The position numbers and the translations under genes were made by a program. Positions 34,153 through 44,189 of a DNA stretch of 64,000 nucleotides are shown piece after piece (the first letter of the stretch is position 1; each line of letters starts with the position of its first letter). Location: positions 384,001-448,000 of the forward strand of contig CAVWEH010000002.1 of assembly GCA_963753975.1 (NCBI GenBank), in the 5' to 3' direction. The stretch is from an uncultured delta proteobacterium (GTDB taxonomy: Bacteria > Desulfobacterota > Syntrophia > Syntrophales > Smithellaceae). The notes below the pieces were generated by a model, which worked only from the letters and a program-made list of their open reading frames with translations, was not told the origin of the DNA and made no database searches.

Positions 34153-34907
34153 CAATTAAATAATTCTCTGCAGGAAATAATAAGAAGAAATATTACAAAA
34201 GCGCCATAAATAATATGAATTTGCGATATACCTTTTTTAATCAGGAAAAAAGAAGGCAAAATAAAAGCCAACGCCGCCGATTTTACGATTAGTCCCGAAG
34301 CTTTTACGAAAGGCCAATACCAGCCATACGTAAGCCAAATGGCCAAAATGGTCAGCGTCAGCAAAGAAAGCCAGCGAAGTTTTACGGAAACACGAGGCAA
34401 GTCCATCTGCCGGATAAACTCAATACCCTGCTTTCCCCTCCGGTAGCCTTCGATGAAACCTTTAGCCCTCAGCCAGAAGTGAGCCGGCGTATAAATTACC
34501 AAAAAAGCCAGAGGAGCGATGACAAATCCCATCAAAGCCAAATAGACGGCGACAATTGCCGCCAGAGGTTTAAGCGCACCCCAGAAAAAAGTATCGCCGA
34601 TCGCGGCGTAAGGCCCCATCAGTCCCTGTTTGACCGCAATCACATCAGAAACGTCTTCCTTACCCCGATAATCTTCTTCCAGGCGGACAACCGAGCCGAT
34701 CAGCGGCGCGGAAAAGTAGGGGTGGCTGTTATACATCTGCAAATGTCTGGTCAGCATTGATTCAGAATCCTTTTCTTGCAATCGCCATTCCCGGATAAGG
34801 GGGATTATGGCCAGGGCAAAGCCTAAGTTTTGCATCCGTCGAAAATTCAGTGCCGCATGTATAAAAAAAGACCTCAAAAAAATTTTGATCAGTACCAATT
34901 TTTTCAT
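34152..34907 (-). CDS. PTS mannose/fructose/sorbose family IID subunit
   Basis: NFRRMQNLG, RHLQMYNSHPY, MGPYAAIGDTFFW. Confidence 0.9.
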   Translation of the reverse strand: MKKLVLIKIFLRSFFIHAALNFRRMQNLGFALAIIPLIREWRLQEKDSESMLTRHLQMYNSHPYFSAPLIGSVVRLEEDYRGKEDVSDVIAVKQGLMGPYAAIGDTFFWGALKPLAAIVAVYLALMGFVIAPLAFLVIYTPAHFWLRAKGFIEGYRRGKQGIEFIRQMDLPRVSVKLRWLSLLTLTILAIWLTYGWYWPFVKASGLIVKSAALAFILPSFFLIKKGISQIHIIYGAFVIFLLIISCRELFN

Positions 34908-35047
34908 TTTTTTTTCGGCCTTATTCGCATTTTATTTACCCATCAGTAAATTTTTTTTAGTGCATTTAGCTAACATAAATGACCTATTAAGTCAATTTAA
35001 TCAAGGAATCACGGGTACGAACTCCAAAGCAGAAAAAAATATTTTGT

Positions 35048-35482
35048 TTATTTGTAGCCGATTTCCGGCGTTAGTTTTACCTTGCCCTTAACGAAAACTC
35101 CACTGCCTCTGGCAATTTCTCTTTTTTCGACATCGTAGAGAATGGATTCTGCAAAATATTGGGTTCTGGTGGAATTAACGACTTTTCCGCTGGCTTTTAC
35201 AATACCCTTATCAACCGGCCGGAGGAGATAGATATTAAAACTTACAGTTAATACAAAAACATCTTCGACCAGCGAATTGACGGCGAAAAAAGCCGCGTTA
35301 TCCAGCGCCAGAAAATACATGGCGCCGTGCAGAGCGCCCGCGGCATGAAAAAGATTTTGATTTACGGGTAGGGTAATATCGGCCTGACCGTGGCTTATTT
35401 CCACGCGCACGCCGAGCATTTTTACAATCGGTGCGGAGTGCATCATGTTTTCGAGCTTTCGGTAATGAACGTCATTGGGCAT
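35048..35482 (-). CDS. PaaI family thioesterase
   Basis: HAAGALHGAMYF..LDNAA hotdog motif; GAGGAG RBS. Confidence 0.88.
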   Translation of the reverse strand: MPNDVHYRKLENMMHSAPIVKMLGVRVEISHGQADITLPVNQNLFHAAGALHGAMYFLALDNAAFFAVNSLVEDVFVLTVSFNIYLLRPVDKGIVKASGKVVNSTRTQYFAESILYDVEKREIARGSGVFVKGKVKLTPEIGYK

Positions 35483-35582
35483 TAAAATACTCCTCAAAAA
35501 CTGAAAATGGAAAATTGATTCCGCTGTGAATAGCGGCCTCAAAGTTAAGTCTAAAAGCAAGCTTGAAGAATAATGGCTTTAT

Positions 35583-36200
35583 TTATTCTTTGATATACTG
35601 CTCGGCGACTTCCCGCGTAATTTTAGTGTTTTTCGCCACATCGGCCAAGACCACGATCACCTCGGCAAGAAAATAAGAAAGCACCAGGACAATGAAGGAT
35701 ACCAGCCAGCCGCCAACAATGAACATCAGCCCGCCCATAAAATCGGAATTATATCCGGCAAAACCCGGCGTAAAGAGGCTTGACTTTCTGATAAAATAAA
35801 AGGCATTGCTGCCGATAAACCAGATAAGAATGCCGCCGGCTACGGCAACAACGACAGAGAAACAGGCATATATTTCTCCGCAGAGTTTAAGAGCGATAGA
35901 TACTATGGGGATAACGGTATAATCAGCATCCGGCAGTGCGGAAATATCACCGGCGCGAATAAACATGGTATGGACAACCATGTAAACAGCTATAACAAAA
36001 AATAACTGGAAAATAATAATTCCCAAAATTAATGAAGCGTCTTCGCCGGACATGGACTTCCAAATGCCAACGCAGGCCGCAAGACCGGCAATGCCAGTGA
36101 TTACAGCGAGTATTTGCAGAAAAATCGCAAAAGCTTTTCTAAAGAAATGACCTACCGAAATTAATTGCAGCACCGGTTTCATGAAAAGATACTTTTCCAT
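35583..36200 (-). CDS. Hypothetical 4-TM membrane protein
   Basis: Four hydrophobic segments; C-terminal DVAKNT motif; GGAG RBS. Confidence 0.75.
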   Translation of the reverse strand: MEKYLFMKPVLQLISVGHFFRKAFAIFLQILAVITGIAGLAACVGIWKSMSGEDASLILGIIIFQLFFVIAVYMVVHTMFIRAGDISALPDADYTVIPIVSIALKLCGEIYACFSVVVAVAGGILIWFIGSNAFYFIRKSSLFTPGFAGYNSDFMGGLMFIVGGWLVSFIVLVLSYFLAEVIVVLADVAKNTKITREVAEQYIKE

Positions 36201-36292
36201 AAAAATCTCCTTTGCATCGAAAAAATTTGTGTTTTCTATAGCATGATTGGGTAAAGATGGCGATAAAATTATGGACACACACTTTGTTATGA

Positions 36293-38406
36293 TTATTTTT
36301 TCACCTTCAGCAGCCGGGCATTAATCGCGACGATAATCGTGCTCGCTGACATCAAGACCGCTCCCATGGCCGGACTTACGATAATCCCCGTGCTATAAAG
36401 AACCCCGGCCGCAAGCGGTATAGCCAGAGCATTGTAGCCCGTCGCCCAAGCCAGATTTTGCACTAATTTATTATAGGTGGCTTTGGACAGACCGATAATA
36501 CTGAGAATATCCTGCGGGTTGCTTTTCACCAGAATAATATCCGCCGTTTCCAGCGCCACATCCGTTCCCGCGCCGATAGCGATGCCGACATCCGCCTGAG
36601 CAAGAGCGGGAGCATCGTTAATTCCATCGCCTGTCATGGCGACAACAAATCCTTTGGATTGCACCTCTTTTACTTTTGCCGCCTTCTCACGGGGTAATAC
36701 TTCGGCAAAATATTCATCAAGACCAAGCTCGTCGGCCGACCCATCTGGCAACCAGGTGGTTGTCGCCGGTAAGCATCATACATTTTATACCTGCCGCCTG
36801 CAAACGTGCGACAGCGTTTTTCGCTTCCGGGCGGATCAAATCCGCCAGGGCAATCGCTCCGAGCAATTTGCCTTCCCTCAGAACAAAAATCACGGTTTTG
36901 CCCTGTTCATGAAAGCGGAGAATTCTGTTATCCTGAATATCCAAATTATTTTCTTTAATGTAGCGAGGGCTGACTACTTTTACGTCTTTTCCGTTCACCT
37001 TCCCTTCGGCGCCGCTGCCCGGAATGTTCTTGAAGCGCTCCGGGTGGACAATTATTTTTGCAGCCGCTACAATGCCTCTGGCAATGGGATGTTCCGAATA
37101 CGATTCGATGGACGCAGCATACATCAACAGGTCTTCCCTAGCTACTTCCCCGTCAAATATTACCACATCCGTCACACCGAACTTTCCTTCGGTCAGCGTC
37201 CCTGTTTTATCGAAAATAACCGCTTGGACGTTTCTTGCCTGTTCGAAAGCCGACTCTGTTGCGGATTAAAAGCCCGTTGACAGCCGCGATGGAAGTGGAA
37301 ACGGCAACAACCAGCGGCACCGCCAGACCCAGCGCGTGCGGACAACTGATCACCATTACCGTAACCGCCCTTTCCAGGGAAAAAGCAAAATCCTTATTCC
37401 CTATGAAAAACCAGATCAAGATTGTCAGAACGCTCACTGTTATCGCGATTACCGTAAGGAAAAACGCAAAACGGTTCGCCGTATCCTGTGTTTTCGATTT
37501 ACTTTCCTGCGCTTCTTTCACTAATCGAATAACCTGCGCTAAAAAAGAATCCTTGCCCAATTTTTTTATCAGCACAGTAAGAGAACTATCGCCGTTAACT
37601 GATCCGCCGATTACTTCCGAGCCTTTATTTTTCTTCACCGGGTTGGATTCTCCGGTCAGCATCGCTTCGTTGATATAAGTCTCGCCTTCCTCTATTTCCC
37701 CATCCGCCGGCACTTTCTCGCCCGGTTTAACAACGACTCTATCATTGAGATTCAATTCCTGCAGAGGAACATCTTTTATGCTTCCATCAGCCATTATCTT
37801 ATGGGCAGAGGCAGGCATAAGGTTTGCCAGTTTTGTGAGCGCTTTGGAGGCGCCCATTACCGAACGCATTTCTATCCAGTGCCCCAAGAGCATGATGTCA
37901 ATCAAAGTGGCGAGCTCCCAGAAAAATATCGAGCCCGGCAATCCAAAAACAACAACACTGCTGTATAAATAAGCCGTGGTGATGGCAACGGCAATAAGCG
38001 TCATCATTCCCGGCCGGGAATATTTGAATTCTTCGGCCATCCCTTTCAAGAAAGGCCAGCCGCCATAGAAGAAAATAAATGATGACAAAACAAAAAGAAT
38101 ATAAACGTCGCCCTTAAAGCGCAGAGCGTTTCCGATATCGAGCAGCATTTGAATCATGGGGGTAAGAATTAAAATGGGCCCAGTTACCGCGAGCGAAATC
38201 CAGAACCTCTTTTTAAAATCGCCGATCATATTCTCATGGCCTCCCTGATGGTCGTGATGATGATCTTGCGGAGGTTGATGGTTTGTTTGCTTATGCGGGA
38301 TTGCGGGATAAGCGCTGCCTGTATGCTGCCCGTGCATGTGCTCCTGGTGCTGGTGATTATCTTGCTTTGCTGGGAGGGGGTTTATACGTGTGATTAGATT
38401 TGTCAT
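36293..38406 (-). CDS. copB: Copper-translocating P1B-type ATPase (CopB-like, CPH), two +1 frameshifts (~37254, ~36736)
   Basis: His-rich N-terminus, [16 protein letters not shown] (in corrected frame), [10 protein letters not shown] and MSAST motifs. Confidence 0.88.
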
Positions 38407-39065
38407 TCCGCTGGATAGCCTACCGCCTGCACCAGAATAATTTTCTGCTGGTCGCGAAGCTTCATGTCTTTGGACAGAGCGCTTCTATCCACCATGCCGC
38501 GGACACCCGTGGCCAGTCCCCGAGAAGCGCAATATAGATATACGTTCTGGGCAATGAAGCCGGTGTCCGCAAACGAATAGACCTTTTTATCCTCATCGTT
38601 CGCATCAAAACCCATCTTCGCATAGTCCGCCACATAGATCAGCTGCAGCGGCGCGTGCGCTACCGAGCTTCTTGACGGTTGAAGAAAAGCGGTCGTGTTC
38701 TTGCGCAGATCGCTTTTCAACACAGGCTCGAGCACATGAGCTTTTGCATTATAAAGATAAAGGCCTTCTTCCATAGCGACATAGACGTCGATTTCCTGCC
38801 AGTTGCGAGCGGACGGGGCCGTGCGTTTGCCGCTGTCCGGCCGGTTGACGCCGCAGGTCGCCCACATTAGATTGGAAAGCACTTCCAGGGGCAGTTTTTT
38901 AGTACTGAATGACCGCGAAGTTTTTCTCTCCTGCAAAGATTGCATCAGGGATTTCCCGCCCCTCAGATCGGGCGATAGTAGTTTAATCGGAATCAGTTCA
39001 GCGGCAAAGGAAAAAGAAGCCAAACAAAATATGGCGGCGACACTCGAAAATATTTTTTTCACCAT
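38403..39065 (-). CDS. Nitroreductase family protein (SagB/ThcOx-like) with signal peptide
   Basis: RKTSRSFS, RTAPSARNWQ, DTGFIAQNVYL, VGYP. Confidence 0.87.
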   Translation of the reverse strand: MVKKIFSSVAAIFCLASFSFAAELIPIKLLSPDLRGGKSLMQSLQERKTSRSFSTKKLPLEVLSNLMWATCGVNRPDSGKRTAPSARNWQEIDVYVAMEEGLYLYNAKAHVLEPVLKSDLRKNTTAFLQPSRSSVAHAPLQLIYVADYAKMGFDANDEDKKVYSFADTGFIAQNVYLYCASRGLATGVRGMVDRSALSKDMKLRDQQKIILVQAVGYPAE

Positions 39066-39182
39066 AATGCCCTCCGTCCTTAAATATCATTAACACATAT
39101 TTGCAAATATGGTGTTACGTTATAATTAAACAGAAACGTTGTCTAGATTACTGAAGATTAGCCGTGCAAAAATTCGGCCCCT

Positions 39183-39527
39183 TCACTTCTCTTTGGACAT
39201 CCTGGTTTTCAACATGTCCAAGAGCATTTGTACGTGGATTTGGCGGTCAGAAAATTCGATGAGCGGCATCAGCCGCGTCTCGGCAACCGTCCAAAGCGGC
39301 AAGCTGGTGATGATTCGATCGACCTCCTGCGGCGAGTTTGCCTCTACGATGAACCGGAGTGCAATACGTCCGGCCACGGGACCTCCGGCCACAATCTTCT
39401 TTTCCGCAACAAGTTGCCGGGCTCGGGCGAGAGTCGGAAAAATGATTTGCTCGATAAACGCACGGCCTGCTTCCGGCGTCGGCATTACGCCTGACTTTAC
39501 ATGGTCTAATTCGACGAGAAAAAACAC
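39183..39527 (-). CDS. Muconolactone isomerase/YCII-like small protein
   Basis: GGPVAGR...IVEANSPQEVDRIITSLPLW; GAGGAG RBS before GTG. Confidence 0.55.
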   Translation of the reverse strand: MFFLVELDHVKSGVMPTPEAGRAFIEQIIFPTLARARQLVAEKKIVAGGPVAGRIALRFIVEANSPQEVDRIITSLPLWTVAETRLMPLIEFSDRQIHVQMLLDMLKTRMSKEK

Positions 39528-39593
39528 CTGAATCTCCTCTAAATTCCGACCAACGCGTGCCCTTCGGCACATTGAATGATCGGGTTATCAAGT

Positions 39594-39632
39594 GGTAAGC
39601 CGGAGCAGCCTCACGGCTCGCTCCGGCTTACC
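39594..39632. terminator. GC-rich hairpin downstream of the dienelactone hydrolase gene
   Basis: ggtaagccggagc-agcc-tcac-ggct-c-gctccggcttacc (17 bp with one bulge); no clear U tract. Confidence 0.45.
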
Positions 39633-39652
39633 GCCCGACAGATAAAGCTCTG

Positions 39653-40459
39653 CTATTTCCTAAATATTTCGGTAAGAAATTTATCCAGTTCCGCCCACGA
39701 TTTTTTATCAGCGTCGGCGTTATACCCTACCGGCATATTAAATTTTTTTGCATACTTATCGGCATCAGGATTGGTGAAACTGTGCATTGCTCCCGGATAA
39801 GAAATAAACTTAAAATCAGCCCCGGCATTGGTCATTTCCTGCTTAAATGCTGCGACTTGTTCGGGTGTCGTGAACTTATCGGCATCACCGTTTAAAACAA
39901 GAATTTTTGCCTTGATTACGCCAGGCTCGGCGGGTTTTGCCGTAGCCAGCATTCCGTGAAAACTCGCCACCCCCTTGAGATCGACGCCCTGCCGCGCCAT
40001 ATGCAGCACGACTCCGCCGCCGAAACAATAACCAATAGCGGCTATCCTTTCCGGGTCAACGGTTTTTTGCTTTTTCAGGAATTCCAGAGCCGCCATAAAC
40101 CTGCCTTCCTCTACGGAAGCATTTTTCATAACTGCGTCGGCAAACTTCCCGGCATCGTCCGGATGCCTGGCCTGCATGCCGCGTCCATACATATCAAGAG
40201 CGAGCGCTGTATAACCCATTTTCGCCAACATCCGCGCACGTTTACGAATATAATCATTAAGTCCCCACCATTCATGAACAATAAGCACGCCCGGCCTTGC
40301 GCCTTTAATATTCTCGTCATAGGCCAGGTAACCTTTCAAAACTACGTCTCCGGCTTTGTAAGTGACAGTCTTGCCTTCAATCCCGGCTCTCGCAAAAGCA
40401 GGAAGGTAAAAGGCTAATACCAGTGCGGTTGCGGCCAATACCATAAATATTCTTTTCAT
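39653..40459 (-). CDS. Dienelactone hydrolase family protein (exported)
   Basis: HEWWGLN, GYCFGG, SFHG, HSFTNP; GGAGG RBS. Confidence 0.93.
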   Translation of the reverse strand: MKRIFMVLAATALVLAFYLPAFARAGIEGKTVTYKAGDVVLKGYLAYDENIKGARPGVLIVHEWWGLNDYIRKRARMLAKMGYTALALDMYGRGMQARHPDDAGKFADAVMKNASVEEGRFMAALEFLKKQKTVDPERIAAIGYCFGGGVVLHMARQGVDLKGVASFHGMLATAKPAEPGVIKAKILVLNGDADKFTTPEQVAAFKQEMTNAGADFKFISYPGAMHSFTNPDADKYAKKFNMPVGYNADADKKSWAELDKFLTEIFRK

Positions 40460-40641
40460 AACGGCCTCCTTATTGGTTTTTGATCCCCACATTGACCATT
40501 TTGAATTACCCCGCAGCTCTTCACAAAAAGAGGCAGACGCATCGATTGTTTGCCAATACGAATGATTTGGGGAAGCTTCGTCTGGAATAGCAAAAGTCCC
40601 CGGCATTGTTTAATGCCCGATCTAAAAAGCAAGGGGTATAA

Positions 40642-41010
40642 TTACTTTACGGTCAATGTTGAAGTTGTACTACCCCAGAGATTACAGGTCGCGGTGACCT
40701 CAAAAACATCTCCTTTTGCCGCCGGTATCTTATAAGTATAGGTAAAAAGCTCATCGGTCGGCTGGGTATCGTACTCATTTTTGCTGACGGCCGCACCATT
40801 TTTCTTGATTTCCACATATTTAATATGATGCATGCCGGCGAACAATGTGTAGTGATCTATGGTGACAGACAGTGTTTGTGTCTTCATATCATAAGCCAGG
40901 TCTACAGATTTCGGCGCAGTTGCATAAGATGGTTGCGCAATTATACACAAGAAGAAAAAGATAAAAAGAACAGCCTGCAAATATTTTGACTTAACCATAA
41001 ATTTTTTCAT
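40642..41010 (-). CDS. Exported hypothetical protein with superoxide-reductase-like motifs
   Basis: Signal peptide; H..HHIKYVEI and CNLWG; AGGAGG RBS. Confidence 0.6.
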   Translation of the reverse strand: MKKFMVKSKYLQAVLFIFFFLCIIAQPSYATAPKSVDLAYDMKTQTLSVTIDHYTLFAGMHHIKYVEIKKNGAAVSKNEYDTQPTDELFTYTYKIPAAKGDVFEVTATCNLWGSTTSTLTVK

Positions 41011-41174
41011 AGCCTACCTCCTGAATGATTAGTTTTCCTGTTATACCGCCAGGAATTTGAATTATTCTTACAAACTTCAGTTCCCAAAGCAATGGTGGTT
41101 AAATCTATGTAAATTGGCAGGTAAATACTACGAATGGGGAATTTATATCAATTCACGGAATCGCGCCCAATAGC

Positions 41175-41780
41175 CTACTTTGCGCGCTCGTAGGCGAACC
41201 GCGTGCGCAGGAGCACGTCCCATAGCGGCGTCGTAACGCCGAAGTTATTAGTGGGATGGCGGTGATGAATGAGATGATGAGCCGACCAGTGTTTGGCCCA
41301 CGACCGCTGAAAATGGGAGTGATGAATGGCATAATGCCAGAGCCCATAAGTGACGTAGCCGAAAGCTATCGTTCCGGTAAGGAGAAATGCACTCTCCAAG
41401 GGCACGAGCACGGCAAATATGCCCGTCAATACGAGCAGAACTATTGCGGGCAGAAAAAAAGGCAGAGAATCGTAGCCCAGTGGATTCAAATGGTGGGCGT
41501 GGTGGCCTTCCGCCATGATCCGCACCGATCCATGGAAGAGCCAGCGGTGAATGAAGTATTCGACAAAGCTAAAAAGAAACAGGCCGACTGCGACAGTCAG
41601 CAAAACCGCAAGCAAACTGAGTTCATGACGGCGCAAGCCCGCAAAGATCAACACAATACCTAAGGGAATATCGACGGCGAATTCACCCCAGTAATTGGCA
41701 CGGGTCTTGGACATATTCAAGATAAAACTCAGCACAACATCAAACACGCGTCCGATCATGTTTTTTTGCTCTTTGGGCAT
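41175..41780 (-). CDS. Sterol desaturase/fatty acid hydroxylase family protein
   Basis: His boxes HRWLFH, HHAHH, HYAIHH, HHLIHH; NFGVTTPLWD. Confidence 0.9.
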   Translation of the reverse strand: MPKEQKNMIGRVFDVVLSFILNMSKTRANYWGEFAVDIPLGIVLIFAGLRRHELSLLAVLLTVAVGLFLFSFVEYFIHRWLFHGSVRIMAEGHHAHHLNPLGYDSLPFFLPAIVLLVLTGIFAVLVPLESAFLLTGTIAFGYVTYGLWHYAIHHSHFQRSWAKHWSAHHLIHHRHPTNNFGVTTPLWDVLLRTRFAYERAK

Positions 41781-41897
41781 ACTGCCTACCTCCTTCTGCA
41801 AGAGTGGCACCGGCAAATCTATTTGTCAATCAAAAACGCCGCACCGTTAAAGGCCGGTATCCAGCATACAACTTAACCTTTAACCTTGCTTCCTGAC

Positions 41898-42572
41898 TTA
41901 TTTTGGCCGTGGCATCTTGCTCTGCAGCTCTGCAATAAATTTTTTATCAAGCTCGTTGCCGCGGGGTGCAGATTCCGCCAGTTCTATCTTTTTCCATGCC
42001 TCGGCATAGTTGCCTGCGTAATATAAAACTATCGCCCAATTTTGCAAATTCAGAACATTTTGCGGCGCCTTTCTATACAATTGTTCATAGCGATTGAAAG
42101 CATCCTTTAAAAGCACATCGTTTTTAGTTGCCACAGCCGCAAATCCAATCGTTCTGGCGTGGTCAACCGCAAAATCAATATCATTTCCTACAAATTGTTC
42201 AGCTTCGGAAAATAGCTTCAGTGATTCATTAATTTTTCCGGCTTTGCCTTGAATTGCCGCCATCCCCCAGAGCGCTGTGCCGTTCTCGTTGTCCAGAAGC
42301 CAAGCCTGATTGAAACGCTTCATTGCAGTTTCCATATCGCCCTGACGGTAAAATTGCCAGCCCCGCATCGCAGCATGTTCCGCCGCTTTTTTCAGGTCTC
42401 CCTTGTACAGTTTATCAATCGCAGCGAGAAATTCTTTATCCGCTGCCTGCTGTGCTTCACTTTTCGGCATTGGACCATATTTGGGAAGTAAATTACTTTG
42501 TCCGTAAGCTGTGTTGAATGAGAATGTTGCAATAATTAATAGAGTAAAAAAAGAAATGAGAATTTTACGCAT
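41898..42572 (-). CDS. Exported TPR protein
   Basis: Signal peptide; AMKRFNQAWLLD and helical TPR pattern. Confidence 0.8.
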   Translation of the reverse strand: MRKILISFFTLLIIATFSFNTAYGQSNLLPKYGPMPKSEAQQAADKEFLAAIDKLYKGDLKKAAEHAAMRGWQFYRQGDMETAMKRFNQAWLLDNENGTALWGMAAIQGKAGKINESLKLFSEAEQFVGNDIDFAVDHARTIGFAAVATKNDVLLKDAFNRYEQLYRKAPQNVLNLQNWAIVLYYAGNYAEAWKKIELAESAPRGNELDKKFIAELQSKMPRPK

Positions 42573-42601
42573 ATGATCTCCTGTCTGCATTATTTTATGA
42601 T

Positions 42602-42669
42602 ATGTAGTTGTCAATCAAAGTTGTGATTTCGACTTTATCTACTTCGTTTAGTTTTATTTTGTCCGGCAT
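42602..42669 (-). pseudogene. Truncated gene 5' end, copy B (MPDKIKLNEVDKVEITTLIDNYI)
   Basis: 63/68 nt identical to 43781-43848; resembles the N-terminus of an MBL-fold hydrolase. Confidence 0.6.
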
Positions 42670-42727
42670 TGGGATTATCTCAAAAGTGATTAATGAAGGA
42701 TAACGTTCCCCGGAATCCTCCCCTTTT

Positions 42728-42759
42728 TGTCATTGCCCGGCGTGACCGGGCAATCCAGT
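42728..42759. repeat. REP-like palindrome (GTCA-type)
   Basis: tgtc-attgcccgg-cgtga-ccgggcaat-ccagt. Confidence 0.6.
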
Positions 42760-42778
42760 CTTAAACTCAAACCGTTCT

Positions 42779-43609
42779 CTACTTTTTTAATTTATCCAAA
42801 CCAAATGTGTTGCTCATCATTTTATCCAGCATATTCACAGGCAGCTTCTTGAGAAACGGCAGACGCGTGGATTGCTTGCCGATGCGAATGATTTTGGGAA
42901 TCTTCGTCTGGAAAAGTTTGTCAATCAACACTTTGGAAAATTCTTCCACCGGCGTCGGATCTTTCTGTGAGGAGACTGCCCGCGCTTTGATGTAACCGGC
43001 CAGCGGCGCGTAAACAGAGTCTTCACATTGCCCGATATTTTTTGCGGCAGCATCCCCGAAACTGGATTTGATCGCGCCGGGTTGCACAGTGACAACGGAA
43101 ATACCAAAAGGCGCAAGCTCCACCCGCAGAGAATCCGAAAGCAACGATACCGCGGCTTTCGTCGCGCAGTAGGCTCCGGCAAAAGGTGTGGCGCAAATAC
43201 CCGACACGCTGCTGATATTGACGATAAGACCCGAGCGCTGCTTGATCATCTGCGGAGCAACAGCCTTGGTTAAAGCGGCAAGCCCGATGACATTGGTTTC
43301 AAACTGACGCCTCAAGTCTTCCATGGAAAGATCAATCACCGGCCCGATGAGTGCATAACCGGCATTGTTCACCAGCACATCAATTTTCCTGGCTTTGGCA
43401 ATCACCTCTTCCACGCAGGCATTAATGGATTTTTGATCGGTCACATCTAACGCCGCAATTTCCATCCTTTCTTTTTTCAGATGGCGGATCGTCTCCGGTT
43501 TTCGTGCGGTGGCAAATACCTTGCACCCGCGGGAAGCAAACTCTCTGGACAGAGCCAGCCCGATGCCCGATGAACAACCAGAAATTAATACAACTGAATT
43601 TTTATCCAT
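42779..43609 (-). CDS. Short-chain dehydrogenase/reductase
   Basis: SGCSSGIG, NNAG, YCATK (YxxxK), QPG. Confidence 0.94.
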   Translation of the reverse strand: MDKNSVVLISGCSSGIGLALSREFASRGCKVFATARKPETIRHLKKERMEIAALDVTDQKSINACVEEVIAKARKIDVLVNNAGYALIGPVIDLSMEDLRRQFETNVIGLAALTKAVAPQMIKQRSGLIVNISSVSGICATPFAGAYCATKAAVSLLSDSLRVELAPFGISVVTVQPGAIKSSFGDAAAKNIGQCEDSVYAPLAGYIKARAVSSQKDPTPVEEFSKVLIDKLFQTKIPKIIRIGKQSTRLPFLKKLPVNMLDKMMSNTFGLDKLKK

Positions 43610-43780
43610 GATTCTTCTCCTCATCTTGCCATTGCGAGCCCGCCGTAGGCGGATGTGGAAATCTTATTGATCTAACTGCCCCGGAATTACAAATATCTTC
43701 AAGACATTTTTTAAATACGGCTCCGATCCTACTTACCTTCGTCATTACCGTCCCGCATCTCATCAAACGCTACACCACCA

Positions 43781-43848
43781 ATGTAGTTATCAATCAACGT
43801 TGTGATTTCGACTTTATCTACTTCGTTTAGTTTTATTTTGGTAGGCAT
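43781..43848 (-). pseudogene. Truncated gene 5' end, copy A (MPTKIKLNEVDKVEITTLIDNYI)
   Basis: Direct repeat of 42602-42669. Confidence 0.6.
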
Positions 43849-44158
43849 GAGGTCCCTAATATTTCTTAAAACTAAGTATCTTTCTTTTCTTCTGATATTT
43901 CTGCCACATTGGTTTGATGAAATCAAGTTCCCACTGGCCTAAAACTCGCAGTTGATTATCGGAAGTCATGGTCAAAGGGCAGTTTTTATTTCTTCCAAAG
44001 CGCATATTAAAAAATTTGACCTAACTTCTTTAAAAGAAGCAATTTTTTGAAACAGATATTTTGTTCGATGTGAATAAATTGACATCAGTCGATATAGGGC
44101 TAAATTTATCTAATAAATACAATATATTGTGTCTGTACAACAAAATTAAAAAAATAGT

Positions 44159-44186
44159 TTGACAAATATTTAGAAATCTATATAAT
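44159..44186 (+). promoter_or_regulatory. Sigma70-type promoter of the retron-like operon
   Basis: Perfect TTGACA-N16-TATAAT. Confidence 0.8.
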
Positions 44187-44189
44187 AAA

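Noticed and set aside
35048..43609. Integron cassette array (many co-oriented small genes)
   Set aside because: No intI and no repeated attC with RYYYAAC/GTTRRRY ends; the bulged hairpin at 39594-39632 lacks R boxes.
43856..44005. 49-aa minus-strand ORF divergent from the retron promoter
   Set aside because: No RBS or recognisable motif; cannot be supported.
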